From the NCBI GenBank assembly GCA_044344255.1, contig JBIJDH010000007.1, positions 128,001-192,000 on the forward strand: a stretch of 64,000 nt of DNA. The letters are read 5' to 3'. Positions 9,301 through 17,518 of this stretch are shown here, in pieces. The position numbers and the translations under genes were made by a program. The stretch's first letter is position 1. Every line of letters begins with the position of its first letter. The stretch comes from Myxococcota bacterium (GTDB taxonomy: Bacteria; Myxococcota_A; UBA796; UBA2385). Below the pieces are notes generated by a model. The model was not told the origin of the DNA. It saw only the letters and a program-made list of their open reading frames with translations, and did no database searches.

Positions 9301-10763
9301 CCGCACTCTACGATCTCGCCGCGGCGGGAGAGGCCGATCTGCTCAACGAGGGGCGGGTGGGCGCCATGTACGACGCCGACGTGGCGGGCATGATGCCTTC
9401 GGGGCACACCATGACCTACGCCACTGGCTGGATGGACGGCATTAACTCGGTGGCCCTGGCCAGTGAGCTCGTCGCCGATTCCGATCGGGCCGCGCGCTGG
9501 GACTGGCTCGCCCTGCGCCAGGGCGACCCCGACACGACGGCCACGCCGCCGGCCTTCACCAGCGCCGTGATGGGGCAGGACGCCGCGGTGCTGCGCTCGG
9601 GCTGGGGTGCGGAGGACCGCTACATGATGCTCTTTGGAAAGACCGAGGCCTGCAACTCGGGCCACGCCCAGGACGACGCCGCCAGTCTGTCGATGATGTC
9701 GCACGGGGCTTGGCTACTCATCGACCCGGGCGACGGCCGGAGCTACGGCGGTACCCCCGACGCCGCATTGGAGGCTTGGCTCCAATCGGCCGCGGGGCAC
9801 AACAACGTGCTGGTGGACGGTCAGGGTCCCGAATTCAACCCGGGCTACGAGACGCCTCCCGATCCGGCCTGGGTGGGCGCCAGCCTGCTATCGCAGCGGG
9901 CCGACTATGTTCACATGCTCACCACGGTGGGGGGCTCCGCCGCCGCCGGCGGGACCGACCACGACCGCCGCGTCTGGCTGGTCGATGATGCCTTCTATGT
10001 GCTGGCCGATCACCTCTCCTCGGGCGTCACCCGCACCTTCGCCCAGCAGCACCACCTCGGCGGCAGCTTCACCAGCGGCTATGGCGCGCTCTCCACCACA
10101 GACGACGGCTTTGTGTGGGACACGCTCAACCCTATCGGCGAGGCGGTCTCACTACATGTGTTTTCGCTGCCTGGTGCGCAGCGGGTCACCTCCTTCGTCG
10201 CCACAGATGGCGGTACGAACGTCTCTTACCCGCAGGTCTGGGATCACACCTATGTCCGGCTCACCGTGGAGGGCCAGAATGAGCACCTCTTCAGCCTGCT
10301 GGTGCCTCAGGGGCCCGACGAGGCCGCGCCCGCGGTGGAGTCCTTACTCTCCAGCGAGGCCCTGCGGGCGGTCGCCGTGGAGACGGACGCGACGGGGCGC
10401 GTGGTGCTGATGCTCAACACCTCGGGGAGCGCCGACGGGCCCGAGGCGCTGGTCTCCGACGGGCTGCTCTCGGGCACCGACGGGGCGAGCTGGGCCTTTG
10501 TGTCGGATGGCTACGAGATTCGGGCGGAGGGCGGACTCGAGGCCGCCGCTACCTGCACGCTGGACGCCCTGTCACTCTCCTTGGATGGGGCCTCGCTCGA
10601 CGGGGTGGTGGCGCGCGAGGTGGGCGACTGCGCGCTGACGGTGGCCTGGGAGGGCTCGCCGGGAGCCGTGGAGGTCGATGGCGTGGCGAGCGGCGACTGG
10701 ACTTGGACGGAGGGGCGGCTCACGCTGGATCCGGCGCCGGTCGCCTCCTTTCGGGTGGAGTAG
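6399..10763 (+). CDS. Lipoprotein with MopE-type Cys/Asp repeat, about three LamG domains and a heparinase II/III-like lyase module
   Basis: Lipobox LTLTAC after GTG 6399; DADGDG..DCDD..PGAPETCDGVDQDCDG; FTIAAWVRP, WSHVAATFDG..LYVNG and FTGGIDELRYY (LamG); EGTGY, LRSGW, GHAQDD, LLIDPG and GHNNVLVDG (Hepar_II_III-like). Confidence 0.85.
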   Translation: MRVTLLWLTLTACRTPTDKAPKTLPDEPRTDDSADPDDSAPPDDSAASLDADGDGSPADEDCDDTNPAVFPGAPETCDGVDQDCDGEADDGFSAPDCMAEAPACPLMPAPPAHPAPLVSLAFEGTDWSANAGSLTGGAWTVYAAVGETGEGAVGQGFEAQSLGWGATGNRYLQVGSNPALHPETFTIAAWVRPEDGDSSMAVANTMWDSGYRGFTFLVNYGQVTLGLGDGDSSAYVAVPIPIGAWSHVAATFDGEVVALYVNGELRLREHLPAGFSGYAPATIAYEGASSGSTFVVGAYQNPAYYAFTGGIDELRYYDAALVGAQIRREAQVGRWRFDGAAMGQDDGPRARDLTVSGALTCGPVGGAWTREGGEPAATLDEDRALELRAGLSVSLLARPDRLSGTAVLARREGAWSLSLDGGSLAWSITASTGAMTVLRADLSDRLGLWTDLQASFDGTRSALFVDGELRAWEVTGFDTLAAGSGSLTVGEGFDGGLDELELSALSHGLTAPAEPLLLGRWRAGEVSATGEGLVGEGRVGLDLSGSSEAAQDADALRTCLYLHEASREACLYRTGRLSAAADLGGPVTFRVVLRPDPAALTKPLAFFGVEGGPQLELSPTGYALVWGETRAEGGPAPTDRWTTLTGVVSAEGLRLYVDGTLAASTDFEAPFAPRARFGIGSGLFLATLSEGGAEALRLDTLDLHGEAWEDDSVTRRDAPWRAEGHPVLGSSAVSMGLLGDAAILAAADAALATLTSASGAPGTEAYPHFAKASEASALAMAATITTGAASEAYLDGALARLEDLDTGYWQWGWFQGRLLSGYAVAYDLVAPLLIAKEATDPWEWAPRHAAIRRNLLALAHQAYEVGGLDEDGYYSYGFNHSGTSWTSANARLMTSGGLAQIGLVLGEERDPVLSGGEALRRLVTDDLLEPRPGEGEAQGRYLEMFLPASGLFCEGTGYQNDVFYTLTPALYDLAAAGEADLLNEGRVGAMYDADVAGMMPSGHTMTYATGWMDGINSVALASELVADSDRAARWDWLALRQGDPDTTATPPAFTSAVMGQDAAVLRSGWGAEDRYMMLFGKTEACNSGHAQDDAASLSMMSHGAWLLIDPGDGRSYGGTPDAALEAWLQSAAGHNNVLVDGQGPEFNPGYETPPDPAWVGASLLSQRADYVHMLTTVGGSAAAGGTDHDRRVWLVDDAFYVLADHLSSGVTRTFAQQHHLGGSFTSGYGALSTTDDGFVWDTLNPIGEAVSLHVFSLPGAQRVTSFVATDGGTNVSYPQVWDHTYVRLTVEGQNEHLFSLLVPQGPDEAAPAVESLLSSEALRAVAVETDATGRVVLMLNTSGSADGPEALVSDGLLSGTDGASWAFVSDGYEIRAEGGLEAAATCTLDALSLSLDGASLDGVVAREVGDCALTVAWEGSPGAVEVDGVASGDWTWTEGRLTLDPAPVASFRVE

Positions 10764-10980
10764 GGCCGCGGGCGCCGCCTTCGGCACCGCCGACGTCACC
10801 ACCGTGCTCCCGCCCACCGAGGCGGGCTGGGGGGCCTTCCTCGACGCCGCGCCGCAGAGCGGCGTGAAGTTCGGCGAGCTCGCCGAGGCCGGGCGCTGGT
10901 GGTGGGGCCGCAGCATCCCGCGGAACCTCCTGTCGGCCGAGGCCGATGGCGGCGAAGGAGACGCGCGGGAGGCCGGATGA
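10764..10980 (+). pseudogene. Start-less 3' gene fragment
   Basis: Frame ...AAFGTADVTTVLPPTEAGWGAFLDAAPQSGVKFGELAEAGRWWWG... has strong third-position GC bias but no credible start after the upstream stop. Confidence 0.4.
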
Positions 10981-11005
10981 GCCGCGCCACTACCAACGCG
11001 GCCCG

Positions 11006-11218
11006 CTAAGGCCCCTTCGACCTGCGCCTCGCGCGGAACCGCCGCACGGCCATCTCGACGCGTGAGGCCAGGAGCAGCGCGATCGGCAGCGCGACGAACG
11101 TGACGGCGGCAGCCGGGAGGCCGGAGTTCCAGCCTCCGCGCTCACCTGCGACGAACGCGCCCACGAAGCACGGCACGATCAGCCATGCACCGAGGCAGCC
11201 AAGTTCGATGAGCGTCAT
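11006..11218 (-). CDS. Small two-TM membrane protein
   Basis: 70 aa with ATG preceded by GGAG; two hydrophobic segments and a basic C-tail. Confidence 0.55.
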   Translation of the reverse strand: MTLIELGCLGAWLIVPCFVGAFVAGERGGWNSGLPAAAVTFVALPIALLLASRVEMAVRRFRARRRSKGP

Positions 11219-11245
11219 TCTCCGTTGACTCTATCGAGACGTCCC

Positions 11246-11446
11246 GTGAGCCGCGCCTCGAACACTCCCCTCGTCGTCGGCGCGGGCGCCCTCGGGGTGC
11301 TCCTGCTCGCCGCAGCCGTGTCCTCGCAGAATGTCCGTCGCACCGCCAAGAAGCTGGAGGAGAAGGTGGAAACACTCGTCACCGACTGGATCCCGACCCT
11401 GTTGAAGAAGACCTCCGAGCACGAGGGCCAGTTCGGGTCCGTGTAG
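11246..11446 (+). CDS. Small single-TM protein (possibly truncated)
   Basis: VSRASNTPLVVGAGALGVLLLAAAV followed by a charged helix; coding-like codon bias. Confidence 0.4.
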   Translation: MSRASNTPLVVGAGALGVLLLAAAVSSQNVRRTAKKLEEKVETLVTDWIPTLLKKTSEHEGQFGSV

Positions 11447-11704
11447 AAGAACCTGGGAGTAGGGCCCAAGAACGGCGAGGAGCATTCATGGCGCACAGCC
11501 TACCACAGGACGCCGCCCCCCTCGCTCTCCCGGGGCACGGCCCCGAGAGGGCGTATTTTACCTCGATTCCGCGTGCCCAGCCAAAGTTCACGCCCCGGTC
11601 CCGCGGCATACCCGCCCTTGTACCTTGGGGTGGCGTTCCTCCTCATCCCGCATCACCGCCCTGAGGCGTACAACCTGTACCGGAGATCTGGAGAGGGGGA
11701 GAGC

Positions 11705-11739
11705 CCGAGAGGGGGAGAGGCATCCTCTCCCCTTCTCGG
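11705..11739 (+). terminator. Strong hairpin
   Basis: CCGAGAGGGGGAGAGG pairs with CCTCTCCCCTTCTCGG around a 3-nt loop (one G-U pair). Confidence 0.4.
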
Positions 11740-11834
11740 ATCGTTCGATGATGGAGTATCGCCGAGGATGGGGTAGGGAACGGCCGGAGGGTGCGAGGGC
11801 CTCCATCCAATCTCAAAGTCTGCGAGACCCGGGC

Positions 11835-12010
11835 CCCTTCATCGTGAAGCGAACCCGCCCATCCGGTTCCGCGACCAAGCGGTCCAAGGCCGGCGAGGCC
11901 GGAGCAGGGTGTGCCTGAGCCGCAGCCGGCGTTCCCGATCCTCCGCCTCCACCAAGACCCCGGCGTGGAGGTTCCGGCCGTCGAAGGAGGGGCAGCGCCG
12001 CCGATCCCAA
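11835..12010 (-). mobile_element. Degenerate IS91/ISCR-type (Y2) transposase remnant
   Basis: Two minus frames join into FDGRNLHAGVLVEAEDRERRLRLRHTLLRP + PALDRLVAEPDGRVRFTMK, matching the recalled Y2 transposase pattern GFnLHAgv..DR..LerLcRY..RP..leRL...DGrv.y..K. Confidence 0.7.
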
Positions 12011-12033
12011 GGCCGCCGGGATACGGTGGCCCG

Positions 12034-12669
12034 ATGCGGGTCGCGCTCTTCGAGGATGACCATCGGTTCCGGGAGTCCCTCGGCGCGGTGCTCCGGGTGG
12101 CCCCTGGCTTCACGCTGGTCGGGGCCTACGCCACCGCCACCGCTGGCCTCGCCGCCGCCGGGCCCGAGTGGGAGCTCGTGGTGATGGACCTCGACCTCCC
12201 CGACCTCTCGGGGGTCGAGGCCACCCGCCGCCTCAAGGAGCGATTCCCCAAGCTCACGGTGGTGGTGCTCACCGTCTTCGAGGAGCCCGCCACCATCCTC
12301 TCCGCCATCTGTGCGGGGGCCGACGGATACCTGCTCAAGCGCACCCCCATCCGCGAGCTGCTCGACGGCCTCCGCTCCGCCGCGGAGGGGGGCGCGCCCC
12401 TGACCGCCGCCGTCGCCCGCTCGGTCGTCGAGGTGGCGCGGCAGGTCGCCCGCCCCACGGTGGCGCCGGTCGCCCGCCTCGAGCTGACCCTACGCGAGCG
12501 GGAGGTGCTGCGGGGCCTCTGCGAGGGGCGGGCCTATAAGCAGGTCGCCGCCGACCTCGAGCTCAGCATCGACACCGTGCGCACCCACGTGCGCGCCATC
12601 TACAAGAAGCTGCGGGTGCACAGCGTGAGCGAGGCCGTGAGCCAGGCCATCCGGCGGGGCCTCGTCTGA
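12034..12669 (+). CDS. NarL/LuxR-family response regulator
   Basis: MRVALFEDD, VVMDLDLP (phospho-Asp), GADGYLLK; HTH LTLREREVL..YKQVAADLELSIDTVRTHVRAIYKKL. Confidence 0.95.
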   Translation: MRVALFEDDHRFRESLGAVLRVAPGFTLVGAYATATAGLAAAGPEWELVVMDLDLPDLSGVEATRRLKERFPKLTVVVLTVFEEPATILSAICAGADGYLLKRTPIRELLDGLRSAAEGGAPLTAAVARSVVEVARQVARPTVAPVARLELTLREREVLRGLCEGRAYKQVAADLELSIDTVRTHVRAIYKKLRVHSVSEAVSQAIRRGLV

Positions 12670-12724
12670 GGCGGCCCGACCCTGCGCGGGTCGGGGCTAT
12701 ACTGCGTCTTCGCTTGAGGTCCCC

Positions 12725-14443
12725 ATGCGCGCCATCACCCTGTCACACGTCGCTCGATCCCTCGTCGCCTCCGCAGGTCCGGCCCTGCTGATCGGCATGA
12801 GCGTCGGCTGCGGGGCCGGCAAGGTGGGCTCCACGAGCGGGGCCCCGGTGGGGGACAGCGGCTCCACGGGCGCCGACGGCGCGGATGGCGCCGACGGGGC
12901 CGATGGCACAGACGGCGCCGATGGTGCCGACGGCGCCGACGGCGGGGAGGACAGCGGGCCGCCACCCGGCCCCCTCTGCGCGCCCTCCGTCCAGTGGGCG
13001 GACCCCTGGTTCTCCGAAGGGGAGACGGTCGAGCTCGAGATCGTCTGCGCCTCTGGCGAAGACCCCGCCCTCTTCAGCCTCTCGTTGACCGGGCTCCCCG
13101 ACGGCGCTGCTTTGGACGGGTGGAGCCTGCGTTGGGTGACGTCGCTCGACGACGCCGGTCGATACGACCCTCTCTTCGCGGTCACTCCCCTGTCGGGCGG
13201 CGACGCGGTGCCCGAGACGGTCGCGCCCACCTTCTGGGTGGCCGAGATCGACAGCGCCGCGGGGAACATCCCCGCCGATCCTGTACAGTATACCGAAGAG
13301 TGGGGGTTGCCGGTCTTTCACCTCCAGACCACGGCGCTGGACGCCTCCTATCGCCCCGCCACCGTCACCTTTGACGGCGAGGTCTACGACGCCGAGGCCA
13401 AGATCCGCGGCGCGGCGAGCGCGGGCTACCCCGAGAACAGCTTTACGCTCCGCTTCGCCGACGACGAACACGAGCTCGACGTCGAAGACTGGGGCATCCC
13501 CGAGAAGAAAGACCACCTCGTCCTGATCACCACCTTTGACGACAACAGCATGGTCCGCCAGAAGCTCAGCTATGACCTCTGGGCGGCGATGGCGGAGCAC
13601 GCGGGCGGCGGGCGGCTCGCCCCCCGCACCTTCTTCGCGGTGGTCTATCTGAACGGCCGGTATCACGGCCTGTACACGGCCATCGACCGCATCGACGACG
13701 AATTCGTCAGCCAGATGGGCTTCAACCGGGACGGGAACCTCTACAAAGCCTACAACCACGACGCCAATTTCCGAGACACGGACTCGGGCGGATACCCGAA
13801 GTATAGCTTCCACCAGGGCTACTATAAGAAGGAGGGCCTGCCGGCCGACGACTTCTCAGACCTCGACGCCCTCGTCCAGCGCTCGTCCGTGCTCAGCGCA
13901 GGCGCCTGGATGGACGAGACCGAGGACTGGATCGCCACCGACGAGTTCATGGACTGGTTCCTCTTCGTCCACCTCGTCGAGGCGGCGGACTCGGGGGGCA
14001 AGAATTCCTATCTCTACAATGACCCCACCGCGCCCACCCGCTTTCATTATTGCCCCTGGGACTTCAATCACGCCTTCGGGCAAGACTGGATGACCCTGCG
14101 GGTACCCTCGAACGCGAACAACGACTACCGTTGGAACAACGAGCTCTTTGTTCACATTCAGGACGATCCCGAGGGGAACGAGGCCCTCTGGGCGCGGTAC
14201 GCCGCGCTCCGCGCCGACGGGGTCATCTCGCCCGAGTGGTTCACGGAGCAGCTCGATGAGTATTACGCGCTGATCCAGCCCTCCGGCCAGCGCCAGTGGG
14301 ACAAGTGGGGCGGTCAATATAAGGGCTACTGGTGGGCCTCCTACCGCAGCGGCGACTGGACCACCTACGAGGAAGAGAAGGCCTACGTCTACACCTGGTT
14401 GGAGGAGCGGATGGGCTACTTCGACACCTGGTACGCCCCCTGA
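12725..14443 (+). CDS. CotH-family kinase lipoprotein with a (GAD)n tether
   Basis: Lipobox SVGC; KIRGAAS, YLNGRYHGLY..IDRID, GNLYK, KNSYLY, PWDFNHAFG. Confidence 0.88.
   Translation: MRAITLSHVARSLVASAGPALLIGMSVGCGAGKVGSTSGAPVGDSGSTGADGADGADGADGTDGADGADGADGGEDSGPPPGPLCAPSVQWADPWFSEGETVELEIVCASGEDPALFSLSLTGLPDGAALDGWSLRWVTSLDDAGRYDPLFAVTPLSGGDAVPETVAPTFWVAEIDSAAGNIPADPVQYTEEWGLPVFHLQTTALDASYRPATVTFDGEVYDAEAKIRGAASAGYPENSFTLRFADDEHELDVEDWGIPEKKDHLVLITTFDDNSMVRQKLSYDLWAAMAEHAGGGRLAPRTFFAVVYLNGRYHGLYTAIDRIDDEFVSQMGFNRDGNLYKAYNHDANFRDTDSGGYPKYSFHQGYYKKEGLPADDFSDLDALVQRSSVLSAGAWMDETEDWIATDEFMDWFLFVHLVEAADSGGKNSYLYNDPTAPTRFHYCPWDFNHAFGQDWMTLRVPSNANNDYRWNNELFVHIQDDPEGNEALWARYAALRADGVISPEWFTEQLDEYYALIQPSGQRQWDKWGGQYKGYWWASYRSGDWTTYEEEKAYVYTWLEERMGYFDTWYAP
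12869..12943 (+). repeat. 9-bp tandem repeat encoding (GAD)n
   Basis: About eight imperfect GGCGCCGAC units. Confidence 0.8.
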
Positions 14444-14560
14444 GCCGGCTCCGACGCGGCCCGCCCGGGGCGTCGGCGCGGAGGGGCGCCGATCGGCGGC
14501 CGCGATAGGAGGCGGAGCCTTGAGGTGCCGATGCCGAGCCCCGTGACCGCCTATGGTGAG

Positions 14561-15664
14561 ATGACCTCCCTCTCCGAGCGCAAGCGGCGCGCCGGGCAGC
14601 GCATCATCCTCGGGCTCTCGGGCGCCAGCCCCACCGCCGAAGAACGGCGCTTCATCCGGGAGGTGATGCCCGTGGGCTTCATCCTCTTCAAGCACAACAT
14701 CGAGGAGCCGGCGCAGGTGCGGGAGCTCAACCGCGAGCTCGTCTCCCTGCTGCCATCCCGCTACCCGCCGCTGCTCTCGGTGGATCAAGAGGGGGGGCGG
14801 GTGCTGCGCGTCGCCGCCACGCGCTGGCCGCCGATGCGCTGGGTGGGCAACATGGAGCACCTCCCCACCACCGGGCAGGTCGCGCGGGCGATGGGCGACG
14901 AGCTCCGTGCGATGGGCTTCAACCTCAACTTTGCGCCGGACGCCGACGTCGACAGCAACCCCGCCAACCCCATCATCGGAGACCGCGCCTTCTCCCGACA
15001 CCCCGACAAGGCGGCCGCCCAGGTGGTGGCCTACCTCCAGGGTTTACAAGACCGCGGGGTCATCGCCTGCGCCAAGCACTTCCCCGGGCACGGAGACACC
15101 CACCAGGACTCCCACAAGGTCCTGCCCATCGTCGAGAAGGAGCGGCCCGACCTCGAGCGCTGTGAGCTCCGCCCCTTCCAGGCGGCGATCCAAGCCGGCG
15201 TCGGCATGGTCATGACTTGCCACGTCGTCTTCCCGGCCTGGGACGAGGAGAACCCCGCTACGCTCTCGCGGCGGATCATCCGGGGGGTGCTTCGGGACAA
15301 GCTCGGCTATCAAGGGGTGGTCTGCAGCGACGACATGGAGATGGGGGCGCTCCACGGGCGCTTCCCCCTCGAGATCCAGCTCGAGCGGGCCACCGCGGCC
15401 TCTGTCGATCTGTTCATCGAGGGGCGCTACTTCACGAAGACGCTCGACCTCGCGCACCGGAGCTGGGAGCAGCTCGTGCAGCTCCAAGAGGACGACCCGG
15501 CTCAGGTCCGCCTCGCCGAAGACACCGAGAAGCGCGTGAAGGCCCTGCGGGAGCGCTTCCTCAAGGACCCTCCGGCCGCGGCTGACCTCTCGGTGGTCGG
15601 CTGCCCGGCCTTCACCTCCCTCGCCCTCGCGGTCCAGGCCCGCGGCGCCGACGGTGTGGTGTGA
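14561..15664 (+). CDS. nagZ: Beta-N-acetylhexosaminidase (GH3)
   Basis: SVDQEGGRV, NFAPDAD, KHFPGHGDTHQDSH, SDDMEMGAL. Start uncertain (14525-14561). Confidence 0.92.
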   Translation: MTSLSERKRRAGQRIILGLSGASPTAEERRFIREVMPVGFILFKHNIEEPAQVRELNRELVSLLPSRYPPLLSVDQEGGRVLRVAATRWPPMRWVGNMEHLPTTGQVARAMGDELRAMGFNLNFAPDADVDSNPANPIIGDRAFSRHPDKAAAQVVAYLQGLQDRGVIACAKHFPGHGDTHQDSHKVLPIVEKERPDLERCELRPFQAAIQAGVGMVMTCHVVFPAWDEENPATLSRRIIRGVLRDKLGYQGVVCSDDMEMGALHGRFPLEIQLERATAASVDLFIEGRYFTKTLDLAHRSWEQLVQLQEDDPAQVRLAEDTEKRVKALRERFLKDPPAAADLSVVGCPAFTSLALAVQARGADGVV

Positions 15665-16020
15665 TCGGGCTCCTCCTCGCCCTCGCCTGTGGGGCGAAGC
15701 GCGCGGGTCCGGCGCCGCTCTGGCCCGAGCCGCTCGCGGTCTCCCGCGAGGGGGGCGCCCTGGTCGTGAAGAACGAGTCCGGGCGGCCCGTCGCGCTGGA
15801 GGGCGTGGCCGTCTCCCCCGCCGGGGCGCTCCCCGACTTTCAGCCTACCCTCCTGGCCCCCGGGGAGGCCCTCCGCTGGCCGATCGTGCCGCCGGACGCG
15901 TCGCTGGTGCAGGGGACGCTCACCTGGCGGGCCCCGCCCGGGCCCGCGGAGCGCCGCACCTTCCGCCTCCCATCTCCTGCCTCTCCCCCACCGCCCCCGC
16001 CTGCGGAGCCCGCCCCGTGA
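15661..16020 (+). CDS. Small lipoprotein, hypothetical
   Basis: MIGLLLALAC lipobox; GTGA overlap with nagZ. Confidence 0.7.
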   Translation: MIGLLLALACGAKRAGPAPLWPEPLAVSREGGALVVKNESGRPVALEGVAVSPAGALPDFQPTLLAPGEALRWPIVPPDASLVQGTLTWRAPPGPAERRTFRLPSPASPPPPPPAEPAP

Positions 16021-16556
16021 TGTCCCACCTCCTCGCCTTGCTCCTCCTCGCCGCCCCCCCTGTGGAGGCCGCCGCCTGCGAGAAGCTCGAGCCGCTGCCC
16101 GACACCGTGCAGGTGGCTTGGGTCTCCACCCTCGAGAAGACCGTGCGCAGCGGCTCCTGGCTCGAGGTCGTGCGGGTCTCCGACCTCCGCACCTGGCTCC
16201 GCGCCAAGCAGGCGGACCCGCTGCGCCTCCTCCAGGGCCTCGGGATGGTGGACCGAAAGGAGAAGGAGCTCGGCGCGGACGTCTACAAGGTCACCCTCTT
16301 CGACGTGAAGAAGGAGTGGCTCTGCCGACCCGTGGAGGATCGGACGGAGGGGGAGGACCTCTCCGGGGTCCCGGCCTGCGAGGCCAGCCAGCAGCGTCGG
16401 AGCCGCCCCGCCAAGGAGGGCTTCACGGGCTGCGGCTACACGCTCGACACCGGCGCGTCGGCCCGTGGCCTCGACGTCTTCCGCATCGAGTGGGGCGCGG
16501 CCTCTGCCTGGGGCTTCTGCACCTTGCCGCTCGACCGCTTCCTCAAAGGTGCTTGA
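16020..16556 (+). CDS. Secreted Cys-containing hypothetical protein
   Basis: ATG overlaps the upstream TGA; signal peptide MSHLLALLLLAAPPVEA. Confidence 0.7.
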   Translation: MSHLLALLLLAAPPVEAAACEKLEPLPDTVQVAWVSTLEKTVRSGSWLEVVRVSDLRTWLRAKQADPLRLLQGLGMVDRKEKELGADVYKVTLFDVKKEWLCRPVEDRTEGEDLSGVPACEASQQRRSRPAKEGFTGCGYTLDTGASARGLDVFRIEWGAASAWGFCTLPLDRFLKGA

Positions 16557-16631
16557 GGGGAGCCACAGGGGTGCCTGAGGCCCGCGGGTGCCTGAGGCCC
16601 GCGCGGGTGGCACCGGCGGCCGACGGCGGGC

Positions 16632-17402
16632 TCAGTTGGGGTCGGTGAGCTTCTTGCCGGAGGTCTTGACCTCATCCACTTTGGTGGGCACCGCGGGGCG
16701 CGGTGTCACGACCTCACCGTTCGCGAGCTCGTAGGTGCCGAGGAGCCAGCTCTGCACGACGCCCTCGAGGCTCGAGTCCCGGTTGAACATCTTGGTGCCG
16801 TGGCCGGCGTCTTGCAGCATGGCGACGTGCTTCTGGCCCTGCGCCTTGCCTTCGAGCACGGTGACCGTCTTGGCGGAGTAGCTGTCCTCGAGCGAGGCCA
16901 CGAGCAGCACCGGCCGCGGGCCGTAGGCGATCAGGTTCTCGGAGACCATCACGCCCTTGTAGTTCAGCCCGGGGGAGAGCAGGACGAGGTTGGTCACGCC
17001 CGGGTCGGCCGCGGCGGACTTCACGCAGAGGTTGGCGCCGATGCTGGCGCCGACGCAGCTGATGTCGGTCACGCCCTTGCTGCGCAGCCAGGCGATGGAG
17101 GCGTTGACGTCGAACACCATCGCGGCGTAGTCGGCCTCGGTGGGCTCGGCGGTGGAGCCGGCGGGCTTGCTCTTCCCATGCTTTCGGAGGTCGGGGGAGA
17201 TGACGGCGAGCCCGCTGCGGGCCAGCTTCGCGCTCAACCCCGTCCAGTCGGTGGCGTCTCGCCCGAGCTGATGGACGAGCACCACTCCTTGTTTCGAGCC
17301 CTTCACGGGGTCTACCAGCGCGTGGAGGGAGACGCCGTCGGAGGTCTTGATCGTAGCGTCCTGGGCCGCGAGGGCCGCGGTCGCGAACAGGATGGTGAGC
17401 AT
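16632..17402 (-). CDS. Secreted alpha/beta hydrolase
   Basis: Signal peptide MLTILFATAALAA; VVLVHQLG; GASIG nucleophile elbow; Asp (LEDSYS) and His (AGHGT). Confidence 0.88.
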   Translation of the reverse strand: MLTILFATAALAAQDATIKTSDGVSLHALVDPVKGSKQGVVLVHQLGRDATDWTGLSAKLARSGLAVISPDLRKHGKSKPAGSTAEPTEADYAAMVFDVNASIAWLRSKGVTDISCVGASIGANLCVKSAAADPGVTNLVLLSPGLNYKGVMVSENLIAYGPRPVLLVASLEDSYSAKTVTVLEGKAQGQKHVAMLQDAGHGTKMFNRDSSLEGVVQSWLLGTYELANGEVVTPRPAVPTKVDEVKTSGKKLTDPN

Positions 17403-17518
17403 CAGACCTCCGCTTCGAAGGCGGGAAGCGACCGGCGGAGGGGCACTGGACCCGACCGGAGCGCTGGGGTGTGTGTGTATGATACTGCGAAGGGGCCGCG
17501 TGAGGGGCCTCGTTCGGG

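Noticed and set aside
3745..9704. Long minus ORFs 3745..6366 and 6174..9704
   Set aside because: Antisense shadows of GC3-biased real genes, with no motifs.
10981..11230. Integron cassette attC around the small membrane gene
   Set aside because: No convincing RYYYAAC...GTTRRRY pair or palindrome, and no integrase.
12869..12943. Tandem repeats as a CRISPR array (also 26730-26765 and 42507-42590)
   Set aside because: In-frame coding micro-repeats with no unique spacers, and no cas genes in the window.
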